Positions 57,941 through 64,000 of a stretch of 64,000 nucleotides of DNA are shown here, piece after piece. The notes under the pieces were generated by a model. The model did not search any database. It saw only the letters and a program-made list of their open reading frames with translations, and had not been told where the DNA came from. The translations under genes and the position numbers were made by a program. The DNA is taken from the NCBI GenBank assembly GCA_001643675.2, contig LSRY02000010.1, positions 1,550,001 to 1,614,000 on the forward strand. Reading direction: 5' to 3'. Source of the DNA: Monocercomonoides exilis PA203. Lineage: Eukaryota > Protista > Preaxostyla. Every line of letters starts with the position of its first letter. Within the stretch, counting starts at the first letter, position 1.

Positions 57941-59539
57941 GCTTGTTTTCTTGATATTTTTATTTTATAACATCGATCAATATTATCAGCTATGGGTTAT
58001 CAAATTCAAATTTTCAAAAAATATATGTATTTAATATCTCATGAACAACATTAACTTATTCACTTTTGCTGCTTTGGTCTCACTGGAAAAGGATGAGTTT
58101 GAAAATTCTGTTCATTTTATTTTATCGTTTTTCAAATCATTCATTCAATGAAACAAATTGATAGAAACAGAAACTTATTGTGAAATTTCTCACGAAGGAA
58201 GATAAGATCGAGAAATATGAAGTGGAAGAAAAGCATTGTGAAGTTTCATCATTCACAACTAAAAAAGGAAATGTGTTTGATTTTGCTCTCTTCAACCGGA
58301 AAAAACCGAATGACCGAGAAACTTTTAATAATCGAAAAATGGTTCTATTTGTCAATTTCAAAAAAACAATAGAAATTAAACCATAATCATAAAAATTATT
58401 ATTATTATTCTTTTATGAAACAACAGTTCTTGATAGAAATAAGAATTTGTGCACTTTTCTCCTTTCATTTGTTCACCACATCGTTCCTTGCAACATCAGA
58501 TAATTTTTCTGTTCAAAGCTGTCTTAATTTTTTTTTTTTTTGAAAAATTCCTTTTGTTTTATTTGCATATAAAATTTTAATTTCATATTTCAATCAAATT
58601 TCTGTTCTCTCTCATTAAACTTCACAAAAATGGAAATAATACCATTAACAAGATTTTGTTTCAATTTTTCCAAAATTTCGTGGATGAGAACCGTAATTTG
58701 ATCGAAATATGGAAATTTATTTTTTTTTGAAAATAAATCAAAAGGAAGTTTTCAAATAAAAAAACACCCATTTTACGGGTTATTCTTTTTGAAAAGTCTC
58801 AAATGTTTAATTGACAAATAAATCAAAATGTTCATATTTTGCTAATATTTCAGTTTCCACTGATGAATCTATTTAAGAATGAATGAAACAGCATTATCCA
58901 GAAATGAATTCCAAATTTGTGAAGTTTGGTGTATGTCAACGAAAGTTTGAGCAAATTTTGAATATTTTTGATTAATTAGAAAATTAAACAAAAAGAAGTT
59001 TACAAAAAAGATTAACCATTTGTTGTTGATAAACTTGCTTTTTGGATGATTAATAAGAGAAAGATTGTGAGAATCGATGTATTTGTATCAATATATGTTT
59101 TTAACAAATAAAAACAAACAGAAGGACCTGAAGGAATAGAAGAAACGGACGGAAATTAAAAAATGAATTCCAAATTCGAAAGGTTTCCTTTGTCCAATAA
59201 CAGCGAAAAAAAGTGAAACAGATAATATTGACACATGCGATAGTTAATATACTTCTGAGTGTTCAGAAAACTCAATAAAATGAACTATTTTTATTTTGTT
59301 TTGATATTGTAAACAAACTTTTTTCCATCTTAAGAAATAATTTTAAAACATTTTCAGAAATATTGATAAATTTTAATTTGAAATTTTTGATACTCTTCTG
59401 CATGGTTTTTTTAGGAAAGAAAACAAACATTCAATTTCTTCTCTTCTTGTTGAGAAAAAAAACTTAGTTGGAAGTTGTTGCTTTGCACCTTGGACTTCAA
59501 TAGAAGGAACGGAAATCATATGTGTTTGATTCTCTTTAG

Positions 59540-62500
59540 ACTTGTGTCCTTGTGCGAATAATGAAAACGTCCTTTTCTTCTTCTTGTCTGTACTGTTCAC
59601 CATTCAATGTGTCTTGAGCTCTATCGTTCTCTCCTTGAATATGCGACTTTTTTTCTCTTGTCCTTGTCATCCTAACAGTCTTCATATTCACATCTTCCAC
59701 CAACTCCTCCATAGATGCCTCAACTTCTTCACACTTGGATTCCTCTTCTGAAAGAGTTCCATCAGTGGATTGTTCTCTTTTTGCTTCATCTTCTTCACTA
59801 ACCTTCGGGCATTCTTCCTTCTCCTCATGAGTAATCTTATGTTCTTTCATTATTCCAGCAATTACTCGTGCCATTGACGATGCCAAATTGGTCCTGAAAT
59901 TATGCTTTCTCAAAGAATTTGGGGGAAAATATGGACTTACAAGCTTTTCATGCACAAAGTTTGAAATAATCGTTTCACTTATAACATTTTTAACTTAATC
60001 AGATTTCAAAATAAATATGATTTTCATATCTGTAAACAAACATCATTTATGTGATCGCAAAATGTTTTGTGACCTCACATGTTTTTCTAAAAATATATCC
60101 ATTTTCTTCAAATTTTTTGATCACAAAAAGATGATCCAAGATACATAATTTTTCGATGAAAATGCCTGAAGTCAAATATTTTGTCCCATTTGTCTTCGGT
60201 GAAAGCCTTGCAAACATGGCAATCTGTAAAGGCGGGATTCCTGCAATTGAAAATGCAGACAAGGTTGCTGCCTTGGAAAGTTAGGCTCGAATCTCTGAGA
60301 AACTCCTGCTTGCTTCATTGCCTTCTTAACCATCTTGCGATATCAGAAGCAATCAGCGAATCAAATGTAATGGTATTGAGCAAAAGTTTGTTACTGTTCT
60401 GCTTTTGTTTTACCAGGAAATATAATTCCATTATTGCTAAAGATGGGCATATAAGTGGGAGTATAAAAAAAAGGAACAACAATCTCTGAACGTGTGTGTG
60501 ATGTTTTCAACACTGTATTAAAATACACACCTTCATCTATAAACCGAGAGTTCTCCATGTTGACCCGCTCCAGTTCTGTAAATCTGCAGGCAGAAAAGAG
60601 CACTGTTAAGGTGATTACCTTCATTGTCAATGTGTTGAAAGATAACTTGTTGTTTGGGCCTAACTCGGTGAAGCATTTTAACAAAATATTCGGATTCCAA
60701 ATCTTTGAAACTAGATTCTTTCTTGATATGTCGTTTCTTCGGAATGACCGGAATAAGATTTTGATGAAAGTGATGTTTCACGATACAGTATTGAAGCTGG
60801 AACTAAATAAAACAACACTGCTGCTCTTTCTATCTGTATTACTGAAACCTTGAATCCTCTATTCAACATTGCTCAGAACACATCCGCACATTTGAAAGTC
60901 CATTCTGGAATATTGTCTTGTATATGTTCATGTGCACACTTCTTCCACTGGTCTGCAAAGTGTGCGATACAGAATAAATACCCATCACTTGTTGCCTGTG
61001 CGATGCAGGCCTTGCATTCCTCTGCGAGCTCCAAAAAGACACCTCTTTCATAAAGCGCATGCAACCACCAGGCCTCACATCTCTTCTTGATGAATTGAGC
61101 ATGACTGTTTTCATCTTCTTTGGAGGAAGGTGGGGTCCCATCTTCTTCATCCATGTCCCCTCTTGAAGAATCTTTGATGTGTAATTCAATTCCAAGCTGT
61201 AACAATTGCTCGTTCGAAGAAAAATGTTCCAATCCTGACACTTCCAGCTCAGCAGGTATATAATCACTCGAGTTTTCTCCATCTGAGCCTTTCATATTTC
61301 CATCGGAATCAGAGGTGTCGGTGGATGAGCGAGAATATACTCGTAACTTTAATGAACTGTCAACGCATCTTCGGCAATTGGACTGCCTTCTCCACACCAT
61401 CTTTCCACTTTATGATTGTGTGCCGAAACAAAAGCATTGAGAGAAGGTCTGACTTACGACTGAGCAAGCGCATCTTTGAATGTTTCATCCTTTATTTCGT
61501 AGTGGACTGCCCTTTCCAATCGAGACAGCGCATCCGCTCTGTGGTTCATTCTTCCTGGAAGATGTTGTGCTCTTATTATCAGATTCCTCTCCTCTGTCCA
61601 TTTCCATATCTTGCGTTGAACTGGTCGAAAATCCTTCCACGCGTTCCAGTGATTCACATTGAAAACCACCGAACTGTTGTCTGATCGGAGAAACAGACGG
61701 AATTGATTGTTGCACTGAATTGTTCGAGCAAAATGGTGCAGAGCTAGCAAAACAGCTAGTTGTTCCCTGTAATTGGACGACTGGTTGTGGACATTTTTGG
61801 GAAAACTGACATGCCAATCCAAAAGATTGTTGTTGATTCTGAATGTCGCACCCCATGCTCGTTCCGCTGCATCTGTAGTCAGAGCAGCTTGAGGAATGAA
61901 AACTGGAACCAATTCCAGATTTTTGGTCTGCCTCAATATCCTCCTCCATTATCTGACTCCTTGAGGACTGATACATTCATCCTCATCATACAGTTCCATC
62001 TGACTGTTCTGACACTATTTTTGAACAAGTGATGCAGAGCGACCAGATGAAGGGATGTGTCCGGGATGACAAAACGAGCTGCGTTTAGCTTCCCAATCGC
62101 TTACACCCAGTCCTTCACACGAACCTGTTTGGCTCTTATGCACGACTTCTCCCAACGTCTCAAGAGCTCTTGGAGAGAACAACGCCTTTCCACGCTCAAT
62201 TGAACTGTAAATTCGTCCGTGTTCCAAAGTTACCCCAAGAACACAAACTTCTGTGTTGGTCTCAGCTGACATTTCTCTTAGTTGATGAGCAATCCTAGTC
62301 TTTTGAAAAAACAGAATTTCTTCTTCTGAAATTTTCTTAAGAAAGCTGCAGTTTTGGTGCAACAGAATAAGTTCGTCCAAGTAAGAAACCACTCTGACTT
62401 TTCATTTCTCCTTTTTCACCATTGTGAATTTCATCATTATTTTCGCGAAAAAACGAGGTGCATCTGTATAACCGAATGGCATTTCTTCAAAGCAGCAATC

Positions 62501-63640
62501 TTTTCCCTCGAATCGAAAACTGAGGAATAGTTTCAACTCGTCTGCAGCTGGGATTAAGTTATTTGCCTGAGAAAATTCCAGCGTGACTGCAAAGTCTCTC
62601 TTCTTTATCACACGCTCCACAGTTCGTTCGTCTTTCCACTTGAAATGTGATTTCTTCATCGCTGCAATCAGTTGGCAGCAATCAAGGATCTGGCTCCAAG
62701 CTCCAGACTTCTTCTTGATTTAGAAAATCTTGTTCAGAAAACTTACCTAATTTGAAGGAATTGCACAGACAATTTTTGTTTCTATTTATTCTTTTAATAC
62801 CCGTCTGAAAGCTTTTTGCTGTTTCAAACTCGTATGAGTTGCTCCGTCTTCCTCTGATCTCCTTCTCAGTGCTTCCTTTTCGTGCCTGTTAAACCATGAT
62901 GCATTCGCGCCCAGCCTTATCAATCTTAATCCTATGATTTTGTCCCATTCCAATTAAAACAGCGCTTTCCTTTCTTCATTCCTCATCTGTGGGTCCATTT
63001 GTATTTTCTGTTTTCCTCGGAACGGTACGTGAATCCCTTCTTTCAAGTTTCTCCTGATTTTCTCGGGGAGCTTCTGAATCGAGACTGACTGCCAGACATC
63101 CGAGATCACCTTCGAAAAAACTTCCTTTCTCTGAAATCTCCTAACAACGCTGCTCGATTGGCTGCTCTGCATTATTCATCTGATCTTTTGAACATTCAAT
63201 AATCCAAAGCTGTTCTTTGCATATGTTTCTGTTCCAAACGCGTCTCTTCAAGTATATCCTGATGTCTCTTTGTTAGCTGTCCCCCAGTGACTTCGCCCTC
63301 CATTTTCTTTGATGCTGAATAACCAAATCTTCCCTGAATTCGTTTTCTTCTTGCCTCCTGCAATGCTTGTGCAACCAGAATCAACGCTTCTCTTGCAACT
63401 TCCTCAGCAGTGTCGGCTTTCCTCCTTATGTTTTGAATCGACTGTAGAATTGCTTTAAATTCTGGGAACAGGTACTTCTCAACTTGTTCACATGCTCTAT
63501 CCATGGCGTCGTGATACCTAAATTCCGTTCTTATTGCAGCTGGAGGACTGTGACAGATTACTGGATAAAAATCCATCTTATTGAAAAAATCTGCCATTTC
63601 TTCCATTTCTGATATTGGAAACTTTATATCGAAGAGAGAA
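59540..63640 (-). mobile_element. DIRS-type retrotransposon, family 2, decayed (gag-like, RT, RNase H, methyltransferase-like, YR); ends not resolved
   Basis: gag-like ORF 63196-63606. RT: MPFGYTDAPRFF, SYLDE. RNase H: LTTDAAERAWG, SSNYRE, RSDN, HLPGRMNHRADALSR. MT-like: EDALTVH..YILAHPPTPLI (~61300-61400). YR: TVLFSACRFTEL, LKTS, FARLSPKT. Confidence 0.9.
59921..60187. mobile_element. MITE-B, independent insertion, ATTT target duplication, interrupting the YR ORF
   Basis: ATTT|gggggaaaatatggactt ... aagtcaaatattttgtccc|ATTT. Excision restores FARLSPKTNSLRKHNFRTNLA in frame. Confidence 0.92.
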
Positions 63641-64000
63641 GTTGTTGGCTCATATTTATAAATTGATGCAAAAATTTCGTTTGTATCTCTTCTTCTTCAT
63701 TTTCTATTTTTGTTTCCATCGATTAACTTCTTTCCGGGCCCTGTTCCAATGACTGACACGGTTGTTCAAATAATGTTGAAAAAGTCGAAGATGGTGGAAG
63801 CATATTGTTTGAGGATATTGCAGGTCCTCCTCCAAGCACAGCTTGATCAGAAGAAGGTGAAATTCCTGAAGCTATTGAACATTGAGAAGTGCGAAACATT
63901 TTTGATCACGAAAAGTGACATGACCAATGAAGTGGCATCTCTCAACTAGAAGAGAAGAACTTGAATGGCAGTTTTCTTGACAATTTAAATGTTATGCATT

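Larger units (their letters stand above)
32713..58058 (-). repeat. Right arm of large inverted duplication
   Basis: Reverse complement of 3515-32636 apart from the arm-specific indels described. Confidence 0.97.

Noticed and set aside
58059-59530. AT-rich segment between the palindrome edge and DIRS family 2
   Set aside because: No convincing ORF, terminal repeat or ICR was recognised.

Overview
Eukaryotic, intron-containing, AT-rich DNA read in the standard code. The gene families and short introns suggest an oxymonad such as Monocercomonoides (inference from family style only). The window is dominated by a ~54.5 kb inverted duplication (arms 3515-32636 and 32713-58058, 76-bp spacer) whose arms diverge more with distance from the centre. 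Each arm carries an intact ~2770-aa GGA-motif surface protein with one TM helix and a degenerate kinase-like tail, a 6-exon short-chain dehydrogenase, a decayed DIRS-type tyrosine-recombinase retrotransposon, a surface-protein pseudogene and a 3-exon helical-protein gene. Comparing the arms gives the empty sites of several insertions and one deletion: a 450-bp TA-duplicating MITE, a 4.85-kb insertion with degenerate terminal inverted repeats carrying host-gene fragments, and a 712-bp deletion of the DIRS internal complementary region. The right-arm DIRS copy keeps its ITRs, its ICR with an att-like palindromic junction, and a highly structured 3' region. GGG...CCC MITEs with AWWT duplications sit in two DIRS families. 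A second DIRS family with a methyltransferase-like domain lies at the right end, and a disrupted NPHP4-like gene at the left end. All calls were made by eye; no alignments or database searches were run.
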